Source of the DNA: Candidatus Woesearchaeota archaeon
GTDB lineage: Archaea > Nanobdellota > Nanobdellia > UBA10117 > JABICX01
Reading direction: 5' to 3'
Length of the DNA stretch: 64,000 nt
NCBI GenBank assembly: GCA_018692915.1
Contig: JABHLG010000007.1
Location: forward strand, 2,418 to 66,417
Shown: positions 1-10,524 of the stretch, one piece after another
Position numbering within the stretch: position 1 is the first letter of the stretch
Layout of the letters: each line of letters begins with the position of its first letter
Position numbers and translations under genes: made by a program
Notes under the pieces: generated by a model
The model's database searches: none
What the model saw: the letters and a program-made list of their open reading frames with translations, nothing else
What the model was told of the DNA's origin: nothing

Positions 1-2059
1 TGTGTTTTTTAATTGCTTTTGCAATTGCATCTGGACAAGATAATACTAATCCTTCTGGTTGCCAAAGTGGGGCAGGACATCTAATACCTTCTAATTGTTC
101 AATTATATCTGGCATAGATATTCCAGAACGCATTGCTAGAGAAATTAATCTTCCAATTGCTTCTGTTTGTGATGCAGCACATCCACCCGACCTTCCAAGA
201 CGAGCAAAGACTTCAAGAGGGCCAGATTCATCTTCATTAATTGTAACATAAATTTTTCCACAACCAGTTCCGACTTGACTTGTTACACCATTAACAACAG
301 ATTTTCTTTCTCTAACAGGTTTACATCCAGGTTTTTCATCTTCTTTCTTTTTCTTATTCCCAATATCAATAACTTGTAACTGTCTGCTTCCATCTCTATA
401 AACAGTTAATCCCTTACATCCAGTTTCCCATGCTAGAGAATATGCTTTTTTAATATCATCTTTAGATGCAGCATTAGAAAAGTTGATTGTTTTTGAAACA
501 GCGTTATCTGTTGATTCTTGAAATGCTGCTTGCATTTTAATATGCCATTCTGGTGCAATGTCATGAGATGTTACAAATATTTTTCTAACATCTTTAGGTA
601 TTTCTTCAATTTTTTGTATTGAACCTGAATCAGCAACTTTCTGCATAAGTTCTTTAGAATAAAATTTTCTTTTCTTTGCAATTTCTTCAAATAAATTATT
701 TACGTATAACATACCTTCTTTTTCTAAAACATTTTTTACATATACAAGTGAGAAAAATGGCTCAATTCCTGATGAAGCATTAGCAATCATTCCAATACTT
801 CCTGTTGGTGCTATTGTTGTAATTGTAGCATTTCTCATATGTTTAATTCCGTTTTCAGGAAAAATACTCATATCAAAATTTGGAAAATTACCTCGAAGCT
901 TAGCAAGTTCTATAGATGCTTTTTTACCTTCATCAGTTACAAACTTCATAACTTGTTGTCCTACTTTTATACCTTCTTCAGAATTATATGCAACACCTAT
1001 GCGGATTAACATATCTGCAAATCCCATTACACCTAATCCAATTTTTCTATTTGCTAATGTATTTTTTTCAATTTCAGGTAGAGGGAAACGATTCATATCA
1101 ATAACATTATCTAAAAAGTGAACTGCATTCCAAGTAGTTTTCTTTAATTTATCAAAATCAATTTTACCATCTTTGGTCATATTTCCAAGATTGATTGAAC
1201 CAAGGTTACAAGATTCAAAAGGTAAAAGTGGTTGTTCACCACACGGATTGGTGCTTTCTATTTTTCCAATCTTAGGTGTAGGATTATCTCGATTTATTCT
1301 ATCAATAAAAATAATTCCAGGCTCTCCATTACGCCATGCTCCATCTACAATTTTTTCAAAAACATCTTTTGCTTTTAATCTACTATGTTCTTTGTTAGTT
1401 CGAGGATTGATTAATGAATATTCAGTACCATTTTTTAGTGCTTCCATAAATGTATTTGTTAATGCCACAGAAATATTGAAATTAGTTATTGAGGTGTCTT
1501 TTTCCTTACAACTAATAAATTCTAATATATCGGGGTGGTCAACATTAAGAATACCCATATTTGCGCCACGTCTTTTACCACCTTGTTTGATTACTTCTGT
1601 GCTTGCATTAAATACTGTCATGAATGATATTGGGCCACTGGAAATTCCTTTTGTACTTTTAACAAAGTCTCCTTTTGGTCTTAGTCTAGAAAAATTAAAT
1701 CCTGTTCCGCCTCCACTCTGATGAATTAATGCAGTATATTTTATTGTGTCATATATTGATGCCATCTTATCTTCAACAGGTAAGACAAAGCAACCAGATA
1801 ATTGTTGTATTACATTACCTGCATTCATAAGTGTTGGAGAATTTGGAAGAAAGTCAAGACTTGAAAGCATTACATAGAATTCTTCTTCTAATTTTTTTAA
1901 ATCTGCATTTTTATTATGTCTTGTATCTGAAGATGCAATATTTTTAGCAACTCTTCTAAAAAGCTGTTCTGGAGTTTCTGTAAGTTCGCCTTTTTCATTG
2001 CGCATAAGGTATCTATGTCGCAGAACGTTCAGTGAATTTTCAGGAAGTTTTAATGCCAT
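1..2059 (-). CDS. nrdJ: Adenosylcobalamin-dependent (class II) ribonucleoside-diphosphate reductase, C-terminus off the window edge
   Basis: Minus-strand reading gives MALKLPENSLNVLRHRYL...NPCGEQPLLPFESCNLGSINL...GIANASSGIEPFF-type motifs; continuous frame to the window edge. Confidence 0.93.
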   Translation of the reverse strand, partial: MALKLPENSLNVLRHRYLMRNEKGELTETPEQLFRRVAKNIASSDTRHNKNADLKKLEEEFYVMLSSLDFLPNSPTLMNAGNVIQQLSGCFVLPVEDKMASIYDTIKYTALIHQSGGGTGFNFSRLRPKGDFVKSTKGISSGPISFMTVFNASTEVIKQGGKRRGANMGILNVDHPDILEFISCKEKDTSITNFNISVALTNTFMEALKNGTEYSLINPRTNKEHSRLKAKDVFEKIVDGAWRNGEPGIIFIDRINRDNPTPKIGKIESTNPCGEQPLLPFESCNLGSINLGNMTKDGKIDFDKLKKTTWNAVHFLDNVIDMNRFPLPEIEKNTLANRKIGLGVMGFADMLIRIGVAYNSEEGIKVGQQVMKFVTDEGKKASIELAKLRGNFPNFDMSIFPENGIKHMRNATITTIAPTGSIGMIANASSGIEPFFSLVYVKNVLEKEGMLYVNNLFEEIAKKRKFYSKELMQKVADSGSIQKIEEIPKDVRKIFVTSHDIAPEWHIKMQAAFQESTDNAVSKTINFSNAASKDDIKKAYSLAWETGCKGLTVYRDGSRQLQVIDIGNKKKKEDEKPGCKPVRERKSVVNGVTSQVGTGCGKIYVTINEDESGPLEVFARLGRSGGCAASQTEAIGRLISLAMRSGISMPDIIEQLEGIRCPAPLWQPEGLVLSCPDAIAKAIKKH

Positions 2060-2216
2060 GATTATCTTGATTTAATTTGTAATACGATTGAGTATAGCGT
2101 TTTACTAATTTCGTATCCAGTATAAATTAAGTGCTGAGTTTTAAAAGAATTTATCTTGTATAAAGTCTAATTTTTATAAATGGATGTTTCTTGTATAGAG
2201 GAGTGAACAAATTAAA

Positions 2217-2459
2217 TTATTTTTTGCTTTTTTTCTTTGACTTATCTAATTGCTTTATTTTTTCATTTATTTCTTTGACCATTTTTGAGATTTCTTTATC
2301 ATCTAGGCCATGGGCTCTTGCTCCATCTTCTATGCTTTCATCTGCTGACATATGACAACCAATACAGTGCAAGCCATATTTTAAGAAAATTAATCCAGCA
2401 ATTTGATCAATTAGCATTGCTTCTTGAAACGTCATTTTTTTAGTTATAGTTTTACTCAT
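2217..2459 (-). CDS. DUF1858-like small protein
   Basis: MTFQEAMLIDQIAGLIFLKYGLHCIGCHMSADESIEDGARAHGLD, typical DUF1858 CxxC pattern. Confidence 0.8.
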   Translation of the reverse strand: MSKTITKKMTFQEAMLIDQIAGLIFLKYGLHCIGCHMSADESIEDGARAHGLDDKEISKMVKEINEKIKQLDKSKKKSKK

Positions 2460-2474
2460 TTTCTTTTGCCTCTA

Positions 2475-2520
2475 TAACGCACAGAGTCATTCGTGATATA
2501 ACCTTCACGAATTCCTATCC
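2475..2520 (-). repeat. Palindromic element family 1, copy A, in the leader of the DUF1858 gene
   Basis: GGATAGGAATTCGTGAAGGTTATATCACGAATGACTCTGTGCGTTA; stem ATTCGTGA/TCACGAAT. Confidence 0.7.
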
Positions 2521-2539
2521 TCATGCGCAAAAGTAATTA

Positions 2540-2731
2540 TTATTTAATTATTATGCACTGAACAGGACAAACTTGTTCAGCTGATTTATTGCATTTAAGT
2601 TTATCATCCGATATATTTATCTCTTTCGGATGAGCTTTGTTATCATCTTTCATTTCCCAATTTGATGGACATACTGCTGTGCAAGCACCACAGCCAATAC
2701 ATTGATTTTTATCCCAAGATATTATTGCCAT
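2540..2731 (-). CDS. 4Fe-4S ferredoxin
   Basis: CIGCGACTAVCPSNW and CNKSAEQVCPVQCI cysteine clusters. Confidence 0.88.
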   Translation of the reverse strand: MAIISWDKNQCIGCGACTAVCPSNWEMKDDNKAHPKEINISDDKLKCNKSAEQVCPVQCIIIK

Positions 2732-2740
2732 CTTAATTTC

Positions 2741-3031
2741 TCACTCTTTTTTAGTTTCTTCAGAATCTGTTTCTTCATCAGATTCTTCTGAATCTTCTAA
2801 ATCTTCTATATCATCTATTAATTTATCTTCTTGCTCTTCTTCTTTTGGTTCAGAGGAATTTTGTTCGCTATTTATATTTTGATTAGGTGTATTTTCAGAA
2901 TCAGTTTTACACTTATTACAATAGCCTGGAGCATTTTCATTTTCTTTTATACCAAATAATTTACCAACTGTATTGAACAGGAAACCTTCTAGCGGTGCAC
3001 CACACTCTTTACATTTTTTCTTATCTGTCAT
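2741..3031 (-). CDS. Small protein with N-terminal zinc-ribbon-like cysteines and an acidic tail
   Basis: CKECGAPL...CNKC followed by a Glu/Asp/Ser-rich C-terminus. Confidence 0.6.
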   Translation of the reverse strand: MTDKKKCKECGAPLEGFLFNTVGKLFGIKENENAPGYCNKCKTDSENTPNQNINSEQNSSEPKEEEQEDKLIDDIEDLEDSEESDEETDSEETKKE

Positions 3032-3132
3032 TTTAATTGCTCACCTCGTGCTTAGCAATTGAAGTTAGCGAATTTTTAATTCGTTTCATGATTATCAATT
3101 TTTAGATGATGTTTACAAATAAAAGGTTTTGT

Positions 3133-3390
3133 TTAAATCTCCGCAAGCTTTGCTATTTGTTCCTTATCAAACCCAACAATTGCTTTATCCCCAATTATTG
3201 TAACTGGTATACCCATTTGACCAGATTTTTTAACCATTTCTTTGACCTTATCGCTATTCTCAGGTAATGAGATGTCAATATATTCAAAATTAGCTTTTTT
3301 ACTTTCTAACCAATCCTTTAGTTTAAGGCACCAAGGGCAGCTAGGAGCTCCGTATACAACTATTTTTTTGTTAGGAATTTTAATCACCAC
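3133..3390 (-). CDS. Glutaredoxin-like protein
   Basis: VYGAPSCPWCLKLKDWLESK, MGIPVTIIG, thioredoxin-fold motifs. Confidence 0.85.
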   Translation of the reverse strand: MVIKIPNKKIVVYGAPSCPWCLKLKDWLESKKANFEYIDISLPENSDKVKEMVKKSGQMGIPVTIIGDKAIVGFDKEQIAKLAEI

Positions 3391-3432
3391 CTTTGAGCAT
3401 ATGTATACATATAAAAACTTTTGGTGTGGAGA

Positions 3433-4131
3433 TTAGATACTCCACATAAGTAATATAATAATTGTATAAAATATTGCACCAATAAGGAAAAATAATGCAT
3501 TACCTTCTTTTTCACTAGGTATGCTTTCGCGCATTACATGATATAACATTGCTCCAGCTACAAATCCTAAAAGCGCATAGAATACTTTAGTATGAATTTG
3601 GATAAATACTGCTTCTATAATTCCAATTAATGTTGATGATGCTAAAAATAATTTAACTAGTTTTTTTTCAGTTACCTTTGCGTGAATTTCTTTTAATGAA
3701 ACTTGACCTATGGCTGTATAGGTCATAATTGGTATGAAAAATAAAGCACCAAGGAGCGCATCTCTATTTAGAAGGTTTACTATAACAACACCAATTACAA
3801 AATGATATGTAAAAAAAGATACAGCATGAACTGCACTTAAATCTTCAATAATCTTCTTTTTCTTTTTGTGCTGGTAAATATATTTTTCAACTATATGAAA
3901 CATTACTGCTCCAAAAAGAACAAATAAGAATAACAACTTTTGAAGTTCTTGCACACCTTCATATAATTCAGGTAAAAGAAATAATAACAAATATGTAAGA
4001 GAAATACCTGCAGCAAAAGATAATAATTCCTTGTGGTATTTTTTATATTCTCTAATTCTATCACTAAAATAATGCACAACTGCAGCAAGTAGTCCGAAGA
4101 TAATTGCAACTTGCGCGGTAGATTCTATCAT
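3433..4131 (-). CDS. ZIP-like multi-span membrane protein
   Basis: Seven to eight hydrophobic segments, FAAGISLTYLLLFLLPEL and HFVIGVVIVNLL. Confidence 0.5.
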   Translation of the reverse strand: MIESTAQVAIIFGLLAAVVHYFSDRIREYKKYHKELLSFAAGISLTYLLLFLLPELYEGVQELQKLLFLFVLFGAVMFHIVEKYIYQHKKKKKIIEDLSAVHAVSFFTYHFVIGVVIVNLLNRDALLGALFFIPIMTYTAIGQVSLKEIHAKVTEKKLVKLFLASSTLIGIIEAVFIQIHTKVFYALLGFVAGAMLYHVMRESIPSEKEGNALFFLIGAIFYTIIILLMWSI

Positions 4132-4210
4132 AATTAATCTATATGTTCTATTATATATAAATATCTCGATTAGAACGTAAAGTTATTATAGTATATACCA
4201 TACTAATAAT

Positions 4211-4801
4211 ATGAAAATGCTAACTAATCAGGAGGCTCTTGATTTTCTAAAGTTATATAATATTCCTACATTGAATTACAAAAGAGTTTCTGGAGCTCAT
4301 GAAGTGAGCAGATTTCCATCTGTTTTGAAATTAGATGCATCACATGTTCTGCATAAGTCTGAACGTAAGGGAATTCATATTGTTCATCATGATGCTCATG
4401 CAAAAAAAGCATTTAATAAAATTAGAAAACATGGTCATGTTATATGTCAACAATATATTGATGGTCATGAACTTATTTTACAAATTGTTAAGCCACCAAA
4501 AGGAAGAAATATAATATTGTTAGGTATTAGTGGTATGCCTGTAGATGTTCATGAAACTTTTTCTGTTAGAACTTGTCCTGTTAAAATAAATTCTGCGCGT
4601 AAGATGATAAATGAATTGCGTTCTTATGATTATATATCTAAATTTAATGGTAAAAAAAGTAGGTTAGATGCTCTTGAAAGGTCAATAGTTGCGTTAAGTA
4701 ATTTAGCAGTTAAAGAAGAGGTGAAATCTATTGAGATTGACCCTTTTATTATGAATCATAAATGGGGAGGAGCTGTTGACGCAAAAATAGTGAAGTGTTA
4801 A
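4211..4801 (+). CDS. ATP-grasp protein related to the acyl-CoA synthetase (ADP-forming) beta subunit
   Basis: FPSVLKLDASHVLHKSERKGI and SIEIDPFIMN resemble the ATP-grasp_5 family. Confidence 0.75.
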   Translation: MKMLTNQEALDFLKLYNIPTLNYKRVSGAHEVSRFPSVLKLDASHVLHKSERKGIHIVHHDAHAKKAFNKIRKHGHVICQQYIDGHELILQIVKPPKGRNIILLGISGMPVDVHETFSVRTCPVKINSARKMINELRSYDYISKFNGKKSRLDALERSIVALSNLAVKEEVKSIEIDPFIMNHKWGGAVDAKIVKC

Positions 4802-5631
4802 TACAAGAAATGAATAAAATAGCAAGAGAAGTTGGAAATGCTATTTTTAAAATCTCGGGCGTTTCAGCTGTAGCAATATATGGTTCTCTTGCAGATGGTT
4901 ATATAGATAAATATTCAGATATAAATTTGATTGCAATATGTGCTAATATTCCCAATCAAGAAAAAAGAAGGAAGATAATTGAAAAGAATTTTGAATGGAT
5001 TGTTTATAAGAACGACACAATGCCAAAATGGAGGACACAAACACAAGACTTCTTTTTTGTAAAAGGTAAGAATGTTAGTGTTGTTTACAAAAAATATAAT
5101 GTTCTTAATCAAATTACAACTGAAATAAAAGAAGATACACATATGAGTAGATATATATTTAGAGAAGCAGTTTCCTATATTTCTAATACAAAGATTATTA
5201 AAGACCCTGATAAAATATTTCTAAAACTTATAAAGAAAATTCCAAAAGCTGCACCAAACTTGCTAAAATATTTCTTACCTGATTTAGAACATATTTCTCT
5301 AAAAAATGGTTGGCCTTATTCAAATTTTATGCAAGCAATAAGTAGAAAAAATTATTTTTATATAGATACTTTAATTGATCATGAGCTTGAGAATTTTTTG
5401 ATTTGTTTACATGCGATTAATAACAAGCACTATACTTCGCCAAAATGGGCAATGAAATCTGTTAGCCAATTGAAACTAAAACCTATAGCAACTCTTCCTC
5501 GAATTCAGAAAATTGCTCGCTTAGGAAATTCCCAAATCGAATTAAAGAAGAAAATTAATCTTTTACAAAGCTTAGTTATTGATTTAAATAAATTAATCCT
5601 TAAAGAAAGAATATTCAGCTTCCTTGAATAG
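4795..5631 (+). CDS. Nucleotidyltransferase-domain protein
   Basis: AIYGSLADGYIDKYSDINLIAI resembles the NTase GSxxxG...DxD motif. Confidence 0.65.
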   Translation: MLIQEMNKIAREVGNAIFKISGVSAVAIYGSLADGYIDKYSDINLIAICANIPNQEKRRKIIEKNFEWIVYKNDTMPKWRTQTQDFFFVKGKNVSVVYKKYNVLNQITTEIKEDTHMSRYIFREAVSYISNTKIIKDPDKIFLKLIKKIPKAAPNLLKYFLPDLEHISLKNGWPYSNFMQAISRKNYFYIDTLIDHELENFLICLHAINNKHYTSPKWAMKSVSQLKLKPIATLPRIQKIARLGNSQIELKKKINLLQSLVIDLNKLILKERIFSFLE

Positions 5632-5663
5632 ATAAATAGAATATAAAAATATATAAAGATTGA

Positions 5664-6233
5664 TTGTTCTTTAGCAATATGGGAACTAAATTTCTATTAG
5701 TAATTCTTATGACAATTCTAGCTATTGGTTTAATTAATGGTGCTTCAGCAAGATCTTGCTCTGATTCAGATGATGGTTTTGATAAATATACACAAGGATA
5801 TTGTTCAGCAGATTATGGTAGTGGCACAGATAAATGTGATTCTAATAGTGATGGTTGGGGAGATATACGAGAATATGATTGTATGTTAGATGGTCCAAAT
5901 CAATCACATACTAGGTGTATGTCATTTATAGCAGAGTGTGGTGATGGATATGTATGTGATGATGGAGCGTGTGTAGAAGAAGAAGGACGTGGTGATGACC
6001 CCGAACCTGATTATGAACCAGAAATAACAAGCGGATGCTTTGGAGCTATTGATTGCTCAAGTTATAGATTTAATGAATGTCCTTTCCAAATGGGATGTAG
6101 TTTACATATAAATTATTTTCCATTTAGATTATCTTGCCAAGGATATTTTGATTGTTCAGATTATATTGAACCTCGATGTAAATTCTCAGAAGATTATGGA
6201 TGTGAATGGATAGAACCAAATAATTTTATATAA
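5664..6233 (+). CDS. Secreted cysteine-rich hypothetical protein
   Basis: N-terminal signal-like hydrophobic segment, many Cys. Confidence 0.5.
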   Translation: MFFSNMGTKFLLVILMTILAIGLINGASARSCSDSDDGFDKYTQGYCSADYGSGTDKCDSNSDGWGDIREYDCMLDGPNQSHTRCMSFIAECGDGYVCDDGACVEEEGRGDDPEPDYEPEITSGCFGAIDCSSYRFNECPFQMGCSLHINYFPFRLSCQGYFDCSDYIEPRCKFSEDYGCEWIEPNNFI

Positions 6234-6239
6234 ATTAAA

Positions 6240-7031
6240 TTATTTTTTAGTTTTGCGTTCTTTAATTTCAACACAGCGTTTTCTTTTACTTTTATGTTCG
6301 TGTTTTTTTGTAAGGTCTACTTCTACACCTCTATATTCAAGTTCTAATGAATCCAGTAAATAGAATGCTCTCTTGAAAACAATTGTAAAGAATTTTCTAC
6401 GATATTGTCCAGACCATTTGAAATCGTTTATTGAATATTGAATTACATCATCATATGCGTTTGCAACTTCTCCAATATTAACTTCATAATTTTTTGCAAT
6501 GAAGTTAACTAATTTTGTAGCTTTCTTATTTCCTGCACGAGCCATCTTAACAAATGGAGAGATTGCAGATATTAAATTAAGTTCAAAATCAATTGCTTGT
6601 TTAATATGCTCTATTAATTTGTAATCTGAATCGTTAACTGAGTAAAATTTTGGTTTTGAAAATCTTTTACCTGCTATATATAAATTCCAATAATCTTCAA
6701 GAATATATTCACCCATTCCATCATCGATTAGTTCAAAATTATCATAAATATCTTTAAGTGTAAAATTTGCGCTTTCTCCAATTGAAGCATAAAAATCTGC
6801 AATTACTGGTTGTGCTATTTTTAATTTTCTAAGTTTTGGTTCAAATTTAGTAAAAGCACGAATTGCATCCGCCCTAATTGCACGGTCTAATCCTTTTCGT
6901 CTTTGTTTAATATGCATTAATTCATGAGCAAGTAAACCAACCAAAGCTTTTTTGTTTGTTTTCAAATATTTTTCTTCTTTAAGTGAAATGCTTATTACAA
7001 TCAAATCAAATGTTCCATATGTTAATGACAT
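6240..7031 (-). CDS. Putative zinc metalloprotease; coding probably extends upstream to about 7241
   Basis: LVGLLAHELMHIKQRRKG (HExxH-like HELMH); frame stays open upstream of the ATG. Confidence 0.65.
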   Translation of the reverse strand: MSLTYGTFDLIVISISLKEEKYLKTNKKALVGLLAHELMHIKQRRKGLDRAIRADAIRAFTKFEPKLRKLKIAQPVIADFYASIGESANFTLKDIYDNFELIDDGMGEYILEDYWNLYIAGKRFSKPKFYSVNDSDYKLIEHIKQAIDFELNLISAISPFVKMARAGNKKATKLVNFIAKNYEVNIGEVANAYDDVIQYSINDFKWSGQYRRKFFTIVFKRAFYLLDSLELEYRGVEVDLTKKHEHKSKRKRCVEIKERKTKK

Positions 7032-7294
7032 TGATGTAGGGTCATTTTTGTAAGCAGTTACAAATTCTTTCCTAGCAGTCTTTGGGATAAATTTCTCAAT
7101 TGATTTGAAATGTTTAGGATTATCAACAACAAGAATGTGTTCTACGTTTAAAGGTATGCCCCATTTTAGATATACTTCAAGAATAGCTGATTCTATATAA
7201 TTCTTATCAAACTTTCCTTTAATTGTTAGCTGAGTAATAATACCACCAAATATAATTGTTTACAGAAGTATATAATTGTTTTCACTAATCTATG

Positions 7295-7315
7295 AACTGA
7301 CGGCGCCAGTTCACA
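7295..7315. repeat. Perfect hairpin upstream of tldD
   Basis: TGAACTG ACGGCGC CAGTTCA. Confidence 0.55.
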
Positions 7316-7384
7316 GCGCTTTGCTTCACTACGTTCGCAAAAAGTATTGAGTAAAGTATATATTATAGCAAACATATCTAAAGT

Positions 7385-8809
7385 ATGGATAAGTCAATAG
7401 CAGAGTTCTGTGTTCAGTTAGCTGAAAGATTGGGTGCAAGTTATGCAGAAGCTCGGCTTGAGAATTCTTATGGTGATGGATATGCACTTAGAAATGGAAT
7501 CCCTGAACCTGCAGGTTTTTCTGAAGATACAGGAATAGGTATTAGAGTTATCGTTAATGGTTCGATGGCATTTGCATCCACAAATAAATTAGATAAAATT
7601 TCAATTAAGCAGCTTGTTGTAAATGCTGTAAACTCTGCTAAACAAGCGTCTAAAATTAATAAAAACAAAATAATTTTTTTAAAAGAAAAAGCATATAGAG
7701 ATAGATTTGTTCAAAAGCAAAAGATAAGTTTTAAGACAATAAGCCCTAAGCAGAAGATTAATTACTTGCAAAGTGTGGATAAAGCACTTTTGGGACTTAA
7801 GAGTATTAAAATTCCACAAAGAATTTTTTCAGTTTCAAACTCTGTTGAAAAAAAATATTTTGTTAATTCAGATGGGTCAAAAATATATCAAGAGACGCCT
7901 TATTTTAATTTTTTGTATGTAATAAATGTTAAAGAAGGTGCAAAAAATGTTCAAGATTATTTAGAATTTACAGAAACAAAAGGTTGGGAATCTACAAATT
8001 CAATTAAAATTATTCCTAAACTTATTGAGAAAGCTAAAAGTTTGCAACTAAATCTCAAAAGAGGTGTTCTTGCACCAAAAGAAAAAGTTGATGTTATAGT
8101 ATCGCCAACTGTTGCAGGTATAATTGCACATGAATCTTGTGGGCATCCTTATGAAGCAGATAGAATATTTGGAAGAGAAGCTGCACAAGCAGGAGAATCT
8201 TTTGTTACACCCTCAATGATTGGAACACGAATTGGGACAGATGTAGTTAATTTAGTTGATGACCCTACCCTTTTAGGGAGAGCAGGTAGCTACAAATATG
8301 ATGATGAAGGTATTTTAGGAAGACGAAAGTGGTTAATTAAAAAAGGAATTATAACTGAATTTATACATAATAGAGAAACTGCTGCACGTATGGGTCTGCA
8401 TTCAAATGGAAGTTCAAGAGCAGTTGCTTATTCTTATGAACCGATTTTGAGAATGTCTAATACATATTTTATGCCAGGCAGTTGGAAAGAAGATGAATTA
8501 ATCAAAGATACAAAGAAAGGTGTTTACATAAAATCTTTTACAGAATGGAATATTGATGATAAGCGATTTAATTTTAAGTCTGTTGGAAATGATGCTTATA
8601 TGATTAGAAATGGAAAGATTGCAGAGCCCGTTAGAACTCCGGCAATTGAGCTAACAACTCCACAGATTTATTCATCAATTGATGCACTTACAAAGAAAGT
8701 TCAACTTGATGCTGGAACATGTGGTAAAGGTGAGCCAACACAAGGAATACCTGTTACATTTGGTGGTCCGCATTTCAGGATGAGGAATATTAAACTCGGA
8801 AGAAAATAA
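7385..8809 (+). CDS. tldD: TldD-family metallopeptidase
   Basis: DVIVSPTVAGIIAHESCGHPYEADR, TldD-type HExxxH motif. Confidence 0.93.
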   Translation: MDKSIAEFCVQLAERLGASYAEARLENSYGDGYALRNGIPEPAGFSEDTGIGIRVIVNGSMAFASTNKLDKISIKQLVVNAVNSAKQASKINKNKIIFLKEKAYRDRFVQKQKISFKTISPKQKINYLQSVDKALLGLKSIKIPQRIFSVSNSVEKKYFVNSDGSKIYQETPYFNFLYVINVKEGAKNVQDYLEFTETKGWESTNSIKIIPKLIEKAKSLQLNLKRGVLAPKEKVDVIVSPTVAGIIAHESCGHPYEADRIFGREAAQAGESFVTPSMIGTRIGTDVVNLVDDPTLLGRAGSYKYDDEGILGRRKWLIKKGIITEFIHNRETAARMGLHSNGSSRAVAYSYEPILRMSNTYFMPGSWKEDELIKDTKKGVYIKSFTEWNIDDKRFNFKSVGNDAYMIRNGKIAEPVRTPAIELTTPQIYSSIDALTKKVQLDAGTCGKGEPTQGIPVTFGGPHFRMRNIKLGRK

Positions 8810-8839
8810 AGAAAAAAATAAAAAGAAAAAAGAAAAATT

Positions 8840-10447
8840 TTAGATTACGTTTTTTATCCAGTTTATAAATCCATCAAGTATAGAAACTCCACCAATTGTG
8901 CTTCCTGAGTAAAACATTGCAGTAGTTCCTTCTCCATCACCTTCTCCAGGGACAGGGAGATATTCACAAGTAACTGTGTGTGTTTCAGGATGATATTCGC
9001 AATTATCTGTTAGATCTTCAACAAAATCTTCTACATCATCATATAAACTTGCATCACAAGTTATTGTGTGTGCTTCTGGGTCATATGTGCATTCGCCAAC
9101 AAGTTCTGCAGCACATTCATCTACTTGTCCATCACAATCATTGTCAATATCATCTTTACAACAAAGAGGTAGTGGATTTATTATAATTGCACCATACATA
9201 TCTCGTTCTTGATAACAAGTTATTTTTGTTGGGTCTTCATCATTATCTACACTTACTGCTTCACACTCATCACAAAAGGTGCCATCTGCAACACAGCCCG
9301 TAGAGTTTTTACCATGACATTGTGGGTCTGCACCACAATCTTGATGACATTTTTCTCCCCAATCAGTATAGTCACAGTTTTCAGAACACTCTAAATCTGC
9401 TGTTTTTGTAAGTGGCGCACCTACTTGATCTCCATGAACTAAACATCGTGGACCGAAAGATTGATCATCACATCCCTGATCTGCACCACAAGAAGCTTCG
9501 CAACGATATGCAGTGTTATCTATTTTTTCACACTCATTTCCTTGGTCTTCTGTATAAATTCCATCTCTATCCGCACATATTTTAAATGCCCAGACATCAT
9601 TGTATCCTTCAGGATCTGTATTTGGACTAACTAAAATAACTGTTAAATCTGATGTTATATATGTTGAATCAATTAGTTCTTTAATTGGAGTGACTTCAGT
9701 ATAACTTATATCACTATTTACTTTGGTTATTGTTATTTCTAATTCAGCATATTGCGCAGGTATTGGGTTTATATTATTTTGTTGTTCTTCATCTGTCATT
9801 AAATTTAGTACATCTGCAGTATAAGTTGATTCTAATGCATAATAATCTGTGTAAATAACTTCATAGGTATATTGGAATTCAGAAAATTCTGATTGAAGAA
9901 GATTATTTATCTCATTTTCAAATTCAGAAGTGCTTACGTCAATTAATCCAGCAGAACCAATTTCTAATTTAATGTTTGAATTTTCATCTATTTCAGGATA
10001 ACTTATACATTGAACACATTGTGGTGTATCTATTTGAAATGCGCTTTTTTCTAAAACTGCATAAGATTTGTATTCATCTTCACATATACTAAATATGCCG
10101 TTTGTTGTTGGGTTTACTATAATACATGGAAGTCCATCGTCGGTTCGAGAGTCATCATAACTTCGTAGATGGTCCATAAAGCAATATACCATGTCACCAT
10201 CAGTGTTTTTAGTTTCACAAGTTGTATCATAATCATATCCAGACCAACTATCTTCATGTTCTTCAGTAATATGAACGGTTTTATAATTCCAATCAGCAGT
10301 AAATCTATCATCCCATCGACATTGTGGTGTATCTTTAAATGTATCACACATTGAGGAACAAGTTAACATACCAGCGTCGACGCTTTGCATTAAAAATGCA
10401 ATAGTAAAAATTGTAGTCAGTAAAAGTATAATTTGTTTGTTTTTCAT
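8840..10447 (-). CDS. Secreted Cys-rich protein with a MopE-like putative metal-binding motif
   Basis: Signal peptide; CCKDDIDNDCDGQVDEC motif; many Cys. Confidence 0.65.
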   Translation of the reverse strand: MKNKQIILLLTTIFTIAFLMQSVDAGMLTCSSMCDTFKDTPQCRWDDRFTADWNYKTVHITEEHEDSWSGYDYDTTCETKNTDGDMVYCFMDHLRSYDDSRTDDGLPCIIVNPTTNGIFSICEDEYKSYAVLEKSAFQIDTPQCVQCISYPEIDENSNIKLEIGSAGLIDVSTSEFENEINNLLQSEFSEFQYTYEVIYTDYYALESTYTADVLNLMTDEEQQNNINPIPAQYAELEITITKVNSDISYTEVTPIKELIDSTYITSDLTVILVSPNTDPEGYNDVWAFKICADRDGIYTEDQGNECEKIDNTAYRCEASCGADQGCDDQSFGPRCLVHGDQVGAPLTKTADLECSENCDYTDWGEKCHQDCGADPQCHGKNSTGCVADGTFCDECEAVSVDNDEDPTKITCYQERDMYGAIIINPLPLCCKDDIDNDCDGQVDECAAELVGECTYDPEAHTITCDASLYDDVEDFVEDLTDNCEYHPETHTVTCEYLPVPGEGDGEGTTAMFYSGSTIGGVSILDGFINWIKNVI

Positions 10448-10524
10448 GATAACTTGGTGCTACGTAAAATATAAAACGCTTTTTCTTTTAGTAACTTATT
10501 TATTCTAGAATATACTTATGTTAT

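Noticed and set aside
1173-1721. Plus-strand ORF of 182 aa
   Set aside because: Antisense to the clearly coding class II ribonucleotide reductase
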